A stretch of 64,000 nucleotides of DNA from Candidatus Omnitrophota bacterium (GTDB taxonomy: Bacteria > Omnitrophota > Gorgyraeia > Gygaellales > Profunditerraquicolaceae): contig JBAZTA010000001.1 in the NCBI GenBank assembly GCA_041662125.1, positions 324,761 through 388,760 on the forward strand, in the 5' to 3' direction. Below are positions 1 to 9,556 of the stretch, in pieces. Both the position numbers and the translations under genes were made by a program. Numbering within the stretch: position 1 is the first letter of the stretch; each line of letters begins with the position of its first letter. The notes beneath the pieces are model-generated. The model was not told the origin of the DNA. It did not search any database and worked only from the letters and a program-made list of their open reading frames with translations.

Positions 1-872
1 ATCCCTTCAGGATAACCGGAGCCATCATAATGCTCATGATGCTGCCTGACTAAATCGATAACGCCATTTAAGAACGTCAATGGTTCTAAAATCTGAGCTC
101 CGGTGATCGGATGACGCTTCACCAATTCCCACTCTTCCGCGGTCAAAGAAGATGGTTTCATCAAAATACTATCTTCGATCCCAATCTTCCCGAGATCATG
201 CAATTCACAGGCTTCCCTGATCAATTCCGTCTCTTTAACCGACAAATGCATTTCCTGGGCGATTACCACGGCATATTTTGCAACATTCATTGAATGGCTA
301 TGCGTATAGTGATCCCGCGCATCAATAGCCTCAGCTAATGCCTTGATAGTGCGCATATAGGTCGCACGTAAATCCTGATATAAACGGGTCAGGTTAAGAG
401 TAGATTCCTCAATTCTTTTCGCAAGCAGCGTATTCTGCTTTTGCAAAGCATTATTTTGTTCTCTCTGGCCGTGGTAAGATTTCCGGGCACCGACTAAGTG
501 CGCGTGTAATTCAGCGCCCTTGTTAATCAAAAAAAGCAATTTATGCAGATCAAACGGCTTATGGATAACGCTGTAAATCCCCGTAATCGAAGCATCTTCG
601 GCTACCGAAGAATTTTTTTCATCAAGTGCCCCGATAATGACACAATCAGGGTCGATCATTCTGGCTTCTTTTAAAAACTTTGCGTCTTCCTCATCAAACT
701 CACCTATCGCATTCACCACAACATTAAAACCGCCCTGACGCAACGCCTCTAAAGCTTCTGTGTGATCGATTTTAAAAACACCGACATACCTTTTATCAAT
801 CAAGAGAGTCTCACGCACAAGGTTATTTGAAACTTCATCATTATCAATTACCAAGAACTTGACCTGCTCCAA
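1..872 (-). CDS. Response regulator with receiver domain fused to an HD-GYP c-di-GMP phosphodiesterase domain. The 3' end is truncated by the window edge; a TTG start follows a GGAGG RBS.
   Basis: Manual minus-strand translation gives LEQVKFLVIDND (receiver), then HD..HDLGK..HHEHYDGSGYPEG (HD-GYP motifs). GGAGG lies 7 nt upstream of TTG at 870-872. Confidence 0.8.
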   Translation of the reverse strand, partial: MEQVKFLVIDNDEVSNNLVRETLLIDKRYVGVFKIDHTEALEALRQGGFNVVVNAIGEFDEEDAKFLKEARMIDPDCVIIGALDEKNSSVAEDASITGIYSVIHKPFDLHKLLFLINKGAELHAHLVGARKSYHGQREQNNALQKQNTLLAKRIEESTLNLTRLYQDLRATYMRTIKALAEAIDARDHYTHSHSMNVAKYAVVIAQEMHLSVKETELIREACELHDLGKIGIEDSILMKPSSLTAEEWELVKRHPITGAQILEPLTFLNGVIDLVRQHHEHYDGSGYPEG

Positions 873-874
873 AA

Positions 875-2644
875 TTATTCCTCCGTTGTTATCCTCAAGG
901 CTTCTTCAAACGTGGTCAAACCTTCTCTTACCTTGACAAACGCGTCATCACGCAGCGTTTTCATCCCGCATTTTTCAATCGCATAAGCTTTAATCTCATC
1001 TATAGACTTCTTTTTAATGATCATTTCGCGCAAGAAATCATTGATCAACAAAGCTTCCAGGATAGCTATTCTACCACGAAAACCTGTATTATTGCAATAA
1101 CTACATCCAACCGCTTTATAAAAAATAACCTCTTTAGAAAGATCAGCTGCTCCAGAGGCATCTTTCTTATGTTTCCCCTTGGCTTCGGAATGAATAAAGC
1201 CGATACTCTCCAAGTAATCTTTGGGGAGCGTAATCGGCTGTTTGCATTTCGAGCAAATCCTGCGGCATAACCGCTGAGCGCAGACCATAATCAGGCTTGA
1301 ACCGACTAAAAAAGGCTCAATCCCCATATCAACCAAACGCGTAATACTCGTAATCGCGTCATTGGTATGCAAGGTAGAAAGGACCAACTGGCCGGTAAGC
1401 GATGCCTTGACAGCAATATCCGCGGTTTCAGAATCACGTATTTCCCCGATCATAATGATATCCGGGCTTTGGCGTAATAATGCGCGCAGGCCCGTAGCAA
1501 ATGTCAGCCCGATATCAGCTTTTACCTGTATCTGCGTTACGCCGCCAACTTGATATTCCACAGGGTCTTCAACGGTAATGATATTCCTTTCGGGAGTATT
1601 CAGCTGGGTTAATACCGAATACAGCGTTGTCGATTTACCGCTACCCGTAGGCCCGGTAACCAGGATCATCCCAAAAGGTTTAGCGATCGCCGCCTTAAAA
1701 ACATCATGCGGCGCCTGAGAAAAACCTAATTTTTCCAGGCCGATAGATAAAGTCCCTTTATCCAAGATCCTCAATACGAATTTCTGGCCGCCGGAAACCG
1801 GTAATCCCGAAACACGGAAATCAATTTCTTTACCTTCATAACGGATTTTAAACCTTCCGTCCTGGGGTATACGGTTCTCCGTAATATCCAATTCGGAAAT
1901 AATCTTAATACGCGCAATAACAGCGTTTTGTTTGCTTTTCGGGATATCAAACATCTCATGCAACGCTCCATCAATACGGAAGCGTATGCGTAACCCTTGA
2001 TCATCCGGTTCAATATGAATATCAGATGCCCTGCGTTTCAAGGCTTCAGTAATCATCAAATCAACCAATTTAACAATGAACGGCTTTTCGCTTTCCTGCA
2101 GCGCGCCAGAGATCTCAATATTCTCTTCTTTCATGACCTCGATGCTTTGTTTCTCCGTACTCCCCGCAGCATACGAGTCATCCTGCAAAAGTTGATTCAT
2201 TGAGTTTGTTTCGGCAGCATAATGAGTTTCAATAGCTTTAATAATCTCATCATACGGGCTTAATACAATATCGATATTAAAACCCGTAAGCGCCTTTAAA
2301 TCATCAAGGGCGAAGATATTAAGCGGGTCAGAGATGGCAACCGTCAAAGTTCTACCGATCTGTGAAAGCGGGATTACATTATATTGCCGGGCGATATGCT
2401 CAGGGATCAACTTGATGATTTCAACATCTACTTTATATTTCGCCAAATGGATCGTCGGGATATAGAGCTGGGTAGAGAGAAGCGAAAGCAGATTTTCTTC
2501 TGAGATAAACCCATTCTCGACTAAGACCCTGCGCAAAGAAACATGCTTCTGTTTTTGGATCAAGACAGCCTTCTCCAGCTGCTCCTGAGTCAAGTGTTTG
2601 CCCTTAATAAGTACATCGATTATCGTATCTTTGAGAGTTTGCAT
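875..2644 (-). CDS. GspE/PilB-family type IV pilus / type II secretion assembly ATPase (paralog A), with an N-terminal GSPII_E N domain.
   Basis: Walker A GPTGSGKSTT, Walker B DIIMIGEIRD and a C-terminal tetracysteine motif (CRRICSKC...GCSYC). The N-terminus carries an MshEN-like LIKGKHLTQEQLEKAVLIQ motif. Confidence 0.9.
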   Translation of the reverse strand: MQTLKDTIIDVLIKGKHLTQEQLEKAVLIQKQKHVSLRRVLVENGFISEENLLSLLSTQLYIPTIHLAKYKVDVEIIKLIPEHIARQYNVIPLSQIGRTLTVAISDPLNIFALDDLKALTGFNIDIVLSPYDEIIKAIETHYAAETNSMNQLLQDDSYAAGSTEKQSIEVMKEENIEISGALQESEKPFIVKLVDLMITEALKRRASDIHIEPDDQGLRIRFRIDGALHEMFDIPKSKQNAVIARIKIISELDITENRIPQDGRFKIRYEGKEIDFRVSGLPVSGGQKFVLRILDKGTLSIGLEKLGFSQAPHDVFKAAIAKPFGMILVTGPTGSGKSTTLYSVLTQLNTPERNIITVEDPVEYQVGGVTQIQVKADIGLTFATGLRALLRQSPDIIMIGEIRDSETADIAVKASLTGQLVLSTLHTNDAITSITRLVDMGIEPFLVGSSLIMVCAQRLCRRICSKCKQPITLPKDYLESIGFIHSEAKGKHKKDASGAADLSKEVIFYKAVGCSYCNNTGFRGRIAILEALLINDFLREMIIKKKSIDEIKAYAIEKCGMKTLRDDAFVKVREGLTTFEEALRITTEE

Positions 2645-2674
2645 ATATTAATCTTTAGTTTGACATTCTGTCCC

Positions 2675-4390
2675 CTATTCATCCGGAGCAGTGACGCGCA
2701 AAACTTCTTCCAGAGTCGTTAAACCACTTATAGCAACATCTAACCCTTGTTGCCGAAGCGTTCTCATGCCTTCTTTCCGTGCCTGCTGTTTAATCACATA
2801 TTCCTGCGCGCGTTCCAGGATCAATTCTCTGATTCGTACCGTCAGCAACAATACCTCCCCGATCCCGACTCTTCCACTATACCCCGTATTAAAACAGCGG
2901 GGACAACCTTTCCCACGGTAAAATTTCGCATTTTTTATCCCATACGCATCTAACTGAAGGCTTTGTATAACCTCATCACTAATACTATATTCTTCCTTAC
3001 AAGAAGCACAAATCTTTCGCAACAGCCTCTGCGCGACAACACATATCAAAGCAGAATTAATCAGGAACGGTTCAATACCCATATTCATCAGACGAATAAT
3101 AGCCCCACAGGCTGTCGTCGTATGCAAAGTCGATAATACCAAGTGGCCTGTCAAAGCGCTTTTGATCGCTATATCAATAGTCTCAAAATCGCGGATCTCT
3201 CCAACCATAATAACATTCGGGTCCTGGCGCAGGATAGAACGCAGAGCGCCCGCGAAAGTCAAACCGATATCAGGCCTTATCGTTACCTGATTTATTCCTT
3301 CGAGCTGAAACTCAACAGGGTCCTCTACCGTGACCAAGTTCTTATCCGGGCTATCCGTATACTTAAGGATCGAATATAATGTTGTCGTCTTGCCGCTTCC
3401 TGTCGGGCCACAAACCAGTATCATCCCGTGAGGAGACTTGGCTATCTTCTCTAACTTCGTGATCACATCTTCGGTAAATCCTAACTTTCTCACATCAAGC
3501 TTTGCCTGTGATTTATCCAACACGCGAATTGCCACTTTTTCGCCACAACTCGAAGGCAGTATTGATACCCGGAAATCAACCTCTCTTCCCATGATCTTTA
3601 CCTTAAAACGGCCGTCTTGAGGAAGCCGGTGCTCTGCGATATTCAGGTCTGACATAACCTTAATGCGGGAAACAATGGATTGATGGAGATTTTTAGGAGG
3701 GGACTGTTCCTCCTGTAAAATTCCGTCGACACGAAAACGGATACGTAATTTATTATCCCAAGGCTCAACAAGGATATCAGAAGCTTTCTTTTTAATGCCT
3801 TCCTCAAGGATCATATTAGTGATCTTAATGACCGGGGCCTCACGGCTGATAAATTTTAATTCCTGTTCACTCGGAGCGCTCTCTTTATCTTCTTTAATCA
3901 GCTCGATCGTCGAATCCGCCATCTCTTTAACCAGGCCGTCAATCATATCTTTGGTCGCCTCAGAATATGATTGTTCAAGAGCCTGCAGGATATCTTTACT
4001 GGAAGAAATAATCGGATTAATCTTGAAACCGGTAAGTGATTCTACGGTATCAATAGCAAAAATATTTAACGGGTCAGCCATGGCTAAGGTGACCGTATCA
4101 CCCATTTTAGAAACAGGGACGATTTGAAATTGTGTGGCGACATTAACGGGAATTATCTTGACAATCTCGGGGTCAATTTTGAAACGTTTGAGGTCAATAA
4201 GGGGGAAATTTAAACCTTCACTCAAGGCAGAAATAAGGTCATATTCTTTGACAAACTTCAAGTTAATAATAATATCGCTGAGCTTGCCTCCCTCTTTTTT
4301 CTGCGCTTCAATAGCCTCATTCAACTGCTCTTGAGTAAGCAGCTTATTTTTAATTAATATTTCTATGATCCTGTCTTTAAGTGAAATCAT
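2675..4390 (-). CDS. GspE/PilB-family secretion/pilus ATPase (paralog B).
   Basis: GPTGSGKTTTLYS, NVIMVGEIRD and CASC...CPRC motifs. The N-terminal domain carries ILIKNKLLTQEQLNEAIEAQ. Confidence 0.9.
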   Translation of the reverse strand: MISLKDRIIEILIKNKLLTQEQLNEAIEAQKKEGGKLSDIIINLKFVKEYDLISALSEGLNFPLIDLKRFKIDPEIVKIIPVNVATQFQIVPVSKMGDTVTLAMADPLNIFAIDTVESLTGFKINPIISSSKDILQALEQSYSEATKDMIDGLVKEMADSTIELIKEDKESAPSEQELKFISREAPVIKITNMILEEGIKKKASDILVEPWDNKLRIRFRVDGILQEEQSPPKNLHQSIVSRIKVMSDLNIAEHRLPQDGRFKVKIMGREVDFRVSILPSSCGEKVAIRVLDKSQAKLDVRKLGFTEDVITKLEKIAKSPHGMILVCGPTGSGKTTTLYSILKYTDSPDKNLVTVEDPVEFQLEGINQVTIRPDIGLTFAGALRSILRQDPNVIMVGEIRDFETIDIAIKSALTGHLVLSTLHTTTACGAIIRLMNMGIEPFLINSALICVVAQRLLRKICASCKEEYSISDEVIQSLQLDAYGIKNAKFYRGKGCPRCFNTGYSGRVGIGEVLLLTVRIRELILERAQEYVIKQQARKEGMRTLRQQGLDVAISGLTTLEEVLRVTAPDE

Positions 4391-4463
4391 GGTTTAACGT
4401 CAGGAATAGTTATAATCAAAACTTTTAACCATGGACTATAGACCATTGACCATGGACCAAGAA

Positions 4464-4922
4464 TTATTCTTTTCCTTTATAATATTTCTCAATTGCCCGT
4501 TTAATATCTGATAAGGTTGAAACAAATAATTGCACGCTGCAGCCGGAAAGCAATTCCACATCTTCTACCGCCTGTACATTCAAAGGATTAGACATTGCCA
4601 ACGTTAAATTATTTCCAATCTTATCGATGGGGATTATGAGGTATTGCCGGGCAACTCTGGCAGGAATGAGGTTGGCGATTTCAGCGCCAATCTCATAATT
4701 ACTTAAAGGAAGGTATGGAAAACCATACTGAACTGTTAACGCTTGAGCAATATCTTCTTCTTTGGCAAAACCCAATTCAACCAATACTTCGCCGATCAAG
4801 CCACCGCGTTCTTTTTGAAGATTAAGCGCTTTCTCCAGCTGGCCCTGGTTAATGATTCCGTGTTCAATAAGGACTTCACCTAACTGTTTTTTGATTATTC
4901 GCCTGATTTGCATAGCTTTCAT
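4464..4922 (-). CDS. Standalone GspE N-terminal (T2SE_Nter / MshEN-like) domain protein, a putative c-di-GMP receptor.
   Basis: The 152-aa protein has two tandem 24-residue motifs, QLGEVLIEHGIINQGQLEKALNLQ and LIGEVLVELGFAKEEDIAQALTVQ, matching the MshEN c-di-GMP-binding consensus. Confidence 0.7.
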   Translation of the reverse strand: MKAMQIRRIIKKQLGEVLIEHGIINQGQLEKALNLQKERGGLIGEVLVELGFAKEEDIAQALTVQYGFPYLPLSNYEIGAEIANLIPARVARQYLIIPIDKIGNNLTLAMSNPLNVQAVEDVELLSGCSVQLFVSTLSDIKRAIEKYYKGKE

Positions 4923-4974
4923 CTTTTCAAAGCGCCACTCCTGCCATCTCCATACAAATGCGGACGCCTTGCTG

Positions 4975-6402
4975 CTACACTAAAATACGGTTTTTGCCCT
5001 GTTTTTTTGCCTGGGCCAAAAGCTCTTCAGCTTTTGAAAGCAACTCTTCGGCAGTACTGCCATCAAGAGGATTTTCGCTTAAGCCTCCGCTGACCGTAAG
5101 CCGTCGATTCGTGTCGCTTTCTTGTTTAAAACTTTTTTCTAGATTTTCCCGAATGCCTTCGGCTATTTCTTGCGCCTGCCGTTTATTTTTCTCCGGGAAA
5201 ACAATAGCAAACTCATTATCGTCAAATCGAGCCACGCGGTCAATCTCAGTGACAGAATCCCTGATCAAATACGCGATTTTCTTTAATTGCTCATCCACTG
5301 CTGCCGCATCAACCAAGCTTCGATATTTTACAAAATCATCAATATTCAACAAGACCAAAGAACACGGCCGCTGCCTGACTATTGCCCTGCGAATTTCTTC
5401 TTGCAGCCGTATTAAAATATATGTTTTATTATATAACCCGGTAAGCGTGTCTTTGACTTCCAGCTTTTCCACACGTTGAATAAGCCTCTCATGTTCAACA
5501 GCAATAGCTATTTGCTTGGTAAAAATATCGAGCAATTCCACGTCATCTTTCGAATATGAGAAATTATCTTTGGAATTCCCGACCCCCAGTATTCCAACAA
5601 GGTTTCCTTTTACATAAACCGGCAATGCCAGGGTATTCTTAACTTGGAATCTCTCATAAAAATCTGAAGCCACCTGGTCAGGCCAAACATTATCCTTATC
5701 CAAACACAACTGTTTCCCGGATTTTATCAGAGCTTCAAACAATGGTTCAGAAGAACCCATCGTAATTTTGAATAACCCCTGATAATTTTTTCCTTCAGCT
5801 GAACGCATATACAATGTTTCTTCCAATTCATCCTTAAAGAACAAATAGGAAATTTCCGAATCGGCAAGAAAACGCGCCTTTTCAGTAACTAATTTCAGTA
5901 CCGCATCCAGCGTAACACCTTGAGAGATCAAAGAACTTATCTGTAATAAATGCGTAAAAACAAAAACATGCTGCTGGATGTTCAGGTTTATTTCACTGGT
6001 TTTCTGGCTATAACTCTCTAACTCCTCCATATTACTACGGATACGGCTGGTAAGCTGGTTTAATGTTTCTCCCAGGATACCGACTTCATCAAGAGGCGCC
6101 ATACTCACGGCATGATTGATATTTCCCGAAGATATTACCTGGGCATCCGTTGTAACAATAAGGAAACGGTTAATGATCTGATTAATCAATAAAACACCAA
6201 TACCAGCAATAAATACCGAACTCAACAAAAAAAGCATTATCTGGAAAGTAATGCCTGTTTGAGGGAAAACATAGTTTGCAAGTAAATAGATAACGACAAG
6301 AAAGGGAAGGACAAATATCAGGCAAAAAGCAATACTGAGTTTATCTTTAAGTCTTCTTGATTTTATCAACAGCTTATTGCTCTTTAACACATTTGCCTCC
6401 AC
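4975..6402 (-). CDS. Membrane sensor protein with 2 TM, HAMP, GAF and a degenerate GGDEF domain (predicted catalytically inactive). A GTG start is annotated; an internal GTG is also possible.
   Basis: TGLYNKTYI and LLNIDDF match the GGDEF fold, but the A-site reads RFDDNEF instead of RYGGEEF and the I-site RxxD is replaced by TEID. Confidence 0.8.
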   Translation of the reverse strand: MEANVLKSNKLLIKSRRLKDKLSIAFCLIFVLPFLVVIYLLANYVFPQTGITFQIMLFLLSSVFIAGIGVLLINQIINRFLIVTTDAQVISSGNINHAVSMAPLDEVGILGETLNQLTSRIRSNMEELESYSQKTSEINLNIQQHVFVFTHLLQISSLISQGVTLDAVLKLVTEKARFLADSEISYLFFKDELEETLYMRSAEGKNYQGLFKITMGSSEPLFEALIKSGKQLCLDKDNVWPDQVASDFYERFQVKNTLALPVYVKGNLVGILGVGNSKDNFSYSKDDVELLDIFTKQIAIAVEHERLIQRVEKLEVKDTLTGLYNKTYILIRLQEEIRRAIVRQRPCSLVLLNIDDFVKYRSLVDAAAVDEQLKKIAYLIRDSVTEIDRVARFDDNEFAIVFPEKNKRQAQEIAEGIRENLEKSFKQESDTNRRLTVSGGLSENPLDGSTAEELLSKAEELLAQAKKQGKNRILV

Positions 6403-6610
6403 ATACGAACAGCTTACATACCATTCATTACTTTAACAAAAAAGCTATCTTTCTACGGCCGAACCCGACTTAAAAAAACAATTTATGTATATTTATTATA
6501 CTACGCATCTTCTTTTATTTCAACAAATTAATGAAGCCATGACTTATGGAGCCATCAATTATAATTAAGCGACATAAGTCATCACTTGTAGCTTACTTGC
6601 CGGGCTGAAT

Positions 6611-6661
6611 TATCCTCCGTAGCCCTACCATCATTTTTCTTATCGATAGGCGCAGGAGGAT
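6611..6661. repeat. Repeat family C, copy 1: a stem-enclosed hairpin element about 50 nt long.
   Basis: The 40-nt core agccctaccatcatttttcttatcgataggcgcaggagga is 34/40 identical to 49574-49613. The flanking inverted repeat tcctccg/cgcaggagga covaries with ttcttcg/cgaagaa in copy 2. Confidence 0.6.
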
Positions 6662-6671
6662 CATGAAACCA

Positions 6672-8426
6672 TTACTCAGCACAATCTTTAATCTCCTGGT
6701 CAACAGCTTCCGCCTCACGCTTGAGAAAATCCTTGCCGACTCCCATATCGATAAAATCCCAAGGTAAAACCTCATCTCTGCTTCTATTCTGCAAATAAAA
6801 CTGTGGATCAATATCACACTCTCGAAAAGCATCCATCCACGTTTGAAGGTTAAAATATTCACCCCAGGCATCAAAGCGCGCGCCTTTCGAAAACGCTTTT
6901 AAGATAACAGCGCTTAGTCTGCGGTCTCCGCGCGACAACACTCCTTCCAGAAAACTCATATCCAGATGATGAAAATCAATTTTTAATCGTTTATTTCTTC
7001 CCTGCCCCCTTATATAACCCTGCTTTTCTTTGAGAGCAGCAATCGTATCCATCGCAAACCACTGAAACGGCGTATGAGGTTTAGGGATAAGAGGATTAAT
7101 ACTTATATTGACTTGCGCGGGCCCGGGGCTGAACTTTCTCTTTAATTCCGAAACCCGAGTTGCCAGTTCAATAATCCCATCCAAATCTTTTTTTTCTTCA
7201 AAGGGTAATCCGATCATAAAATAGAGCTTAACATGCCGATATCCATTGGCGTAAGCCTGTTCAAGAACCCGAAAGAATTCTTGGATATCATAATCTTTTG
7301 CCAGTATCCTTCGCAGCCTTTCACTGCCTGCCTCAGGAGCAAAAGTCAATCCTGTTTTCTTTATACTGGCGATAAGCGTTGAAAGATGCTGCAGGATAAA
7401 TTTCGGTTTTATTGAAGGCAGCGACACCGATACGGCATCTTCTTGAAACTTGCCAACCAATGACTGCAATAATATCTCTAACCCTGTATAATCGCTGACA
7501 GACAATCCCGCCAAAGAAATTTCTTCATAACCCGTGCGTTTATATAATTCACACGCCAAATGCAAGGCCTTTTCAGCATCCCGCTGCCGGAAAGGAAAAT
7601 ATTGGACCCGCGCCTGGCAAAAACGGCATCGGTTCGGGCACCCGCGCATAACTTCAAGAGTGATACGGTCATGAATAATCTGTATATACGGGATAAGCCA
7701 ATCCAGAGGATATGGGGATTTATTTAAATCTCCTACGATGCGCTTTTTAACCCTCACAGGCACTCCCGGGTATTTTGGCTTAAACTCTTTTATTACCCCG
7801 GACTCCAGAGAGGTAACCGAATACAATGCCGGGACATAAACACCTTCAATACCTGAGAGCTTTATAAGAAGCTCAATTTTTTCAGCATCACTTTTTTTCC
7901 AGGCATGATAACAATCAATGATTTCCACGATAGCCTCTTCCGCCTCACCGATAACAAAGAGATCAAAAAACTCATGCATCGGCTCAGGATTCAATACCCC
8001 CGGGCCTCCGCCGATAATCAAAGGATAGCTTTTATCCCGCGCACTCGATTGCAGAGGAATAGAGCCGAGCTGCAGCATATTGAGGACATTCGTGTAATGT
8101 AATTCATATCCCAGAGAAAAACCAACGATATCGAACTCCTTAAGCGGCCTTCCTGATTCCAGAGAGAATATTTCCTGATTCTTCTCCCGTAAGACTGCTT
8201 CTAAATCAACCGCGCAGGCAAAAAAACGCTCGCATGCCACATAGGTAAGTTTGTTGAGGATATCATAAATTATCCTGATACCAAGATTGCTCATCCCCAC
8301 ATCATATAAATCGGGAAAACATAAAGCAAATTTTACCTCAGCGCAGGAAATATCTTTTTGAGACATATTCCATTCCCTGCCGATATAACGAGCCGGCTTT
8401 CGCACTTGTAATAAGAAATCTTCCAT
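6672..8426 (-). CDS. B12-binding-domain / radical SAM protein (TIGR03960-like uncharacterized rSAM family).
   Basis: N-terminal VRKPARYIGREWN signature and a CxxxCxxC cluster, GCPNRCRFCQ. Length 584 aa. Confidence 0.8.
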   Translation of the reverse strand: MEDFLLQVRKPARYIGREWNMSQKDISCAEVKFALCFPDLYDVGMSNLGIRIIYDILNKLTYVACERFFACAVDLEAVLREKNQEIFSLESGRPLKEFDIVGFSLGYELHYTNVLNMLQLGSIPLQSSARDKSYPLIIGGGPGVLNPEPMHEFFDLFVIGEAEEAIVEIIDCYHAWKKSDAEKIELLIKLSGIEGVYVPALYSVTSLESGVIKEFKPKYPGVPVRVKKRIVGDLNKSPYPLDWLIPYIQIIHDRITLEVMRGCPNRCRFCQARVQYFPFRQRDAEKALHLACELYKRTGYEEISLAGLSVSDYTGLEILLQSLVGKFQEDAVSVSLPSIKPKFILQHLSTLIASIKKTGLTFAPEAGSERLRRILAKDYDIQEFFRVLEQAYANGYRHVKLYFMIGLPFEEKKDLDGIIELATRVSELKRKFSPGPAQVNISINPLIPKPHTPFQWFAMDTIAALKEKQGYIRGQGRNKRLKIDFHHLDMSFLEGVLSRGDRRLSAVILKAFSKGARFDAWGEYFNLQTWMDAFRECDIDPQFYLQNRSRDEVLPWDFIDMGVGKDFLKREAEAVDQEIKDCAE

Positions 8427-8455
8427 ATTTAGTAAAAAGTCTGTTTCAATTACCG

Positions 8456-9556
8456 TTATGCCCGGGAATTACTAATATTCGCCAGTATCCCGAGAGCAAC
8501 AAAAGTCACAAAAACCGATGAACCGCCGTAACTCATTAATGGCAGCGGCAGCCCTACCACCGGAGCCAGCCCTAAGTTCATCGCGATATTAATAAGAACC
8601 TGCACCCCTAACATATACGAAATACCAAAAGCCAATAACTTGCCGAACGAATCATAGGTACGTTCCGCTATTTCAATGCCCTGCTTAATTAAAAGAAAAT
8701 ATAAACCGAATAAGATAACACATCCCAAAAAACCCCATTCTTCTGAAAAAGAAGCAAATATAAAATCAGTATGGGATTCCGGCAGAAAATGCAACTGGCT
8801 TTGTGTCCCTGAAAGCCACCCCTTTCCAAAGAATCCACCGGAACCAATCGCTATTTTTGACTGAATAACGGTATAGCCGGCTCCCAGCGGATCAATATTA
8901 GGATTCATGAAAACAAGCAGGCGGTCTTTCTGATAATCCCGCAAGTAATGCCAAAAAACCGGGAGCAGCAAACAAACGCCACCCAATAACATTAAGAAAT
9001 ACTGGATCCGGACATTTGCCATAAAGAGCATCGTAACAAAAATACATAAAATCATGATACCGCTTCCTAAATCAGGCTGTTCGATGATCATTGCAACCGG
9101 CACAGCCACAAAAATAAAAGGCAAAATAAACGCCCTCCAGAGGCCAAGATTGCTTATTTTCAAAGAAACGTTATCAAGTGATTTGAGGCTGAAATACCGT
9201 GCCAGGAATACCACCACGATCAATTTCATTAATTCAGTCGGTTGAAAATTAAACCAGCTGAATTTAAGCCAACGCTGCGCCCCCAATCGTACAATGCCCA
9301 GCATAAACACTAAAAATAATAAAGAAACAGCAATACCGTATAACACATACGTCCAATCCCAAAACCGGCGATAATAAAATCGTGACATCATGAGAAAACA
9401 GACAATCCCAACAATAACCCAAAGCAATTGTTTCTGGGCAATTGACTGCCAGAGTTGGCCTTCTTTTTGATACGTACTGCTATAAATCGAAATAAGCCCG
9501 ATGCTAGAAATTAAGATAGCGATAACTAAAATTTTCAGCCCTTCTCTATTCATCAT
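8456..9556 (-). CDS. rodA: SEDS-family peptidoglycan glycosyltransferase RodA. The start is trimmed to MMNREG, and its ATG overlaps the mrdA stop.
   Basis: Polytopic FtsW/RodA/SpoVE-family sequence lying directly downstream of PBP2 and mreBCD. Confidence 0.85.
   Translation of the reverse strand: MMNREGLKILVIAILISSIGLISIYSSTYQKEGQLWQSIAQKQLLWVIVGIVCFLMMSRFYYRRFWDWTYVLYGIAVSLLFLVFMLGIVRLGAQRWLKFSWFNFQPTELMKLIVVVFLARYFSLKSLDNVSLKISNLGLWRAFILPFIFVAVPVAMIIEQPDLGSGIMILCIFVTMLFMANVRIQYFLMLLGGVCLLLPVFWHYLRDYQKDRLLVFMNPNIDPLGAGYTVIQSKIAIGSGGFFGKGWLSGTQSQLHFLPESHTDFIFASFSEEWGFLGCVILFGLYFLLIKQGIEIAERTYDSFGKLLAFGISYMLGVQVLINIAMNLGLAPVVGLPLPLMSYGGSSVFVTFVALGILANISNSRA

Noticed and set aside
4958-5479. 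Plus-strand ORFs of 140-175 aa antisense to GGDEF, mreB, murD, rimO and ftsK (for example 4958-5479, 12658-13185, 32225-32716, 57579-58010, 59684-60166).
   Set aside because: All lie antisense inside strongly supported conserved genes. They have low-complexity, Ser/Leu-rich composition and no motifs, as is typical of spurious antisense ORFs.
6593-6874. Minus-strand 93-aa ORF overlapping the 3' end of the radical SAM gene.
   Set aside because: It is fully nested or overlapping in another frame of a well-supported gene and shows no motifs. It is most likely spurious.
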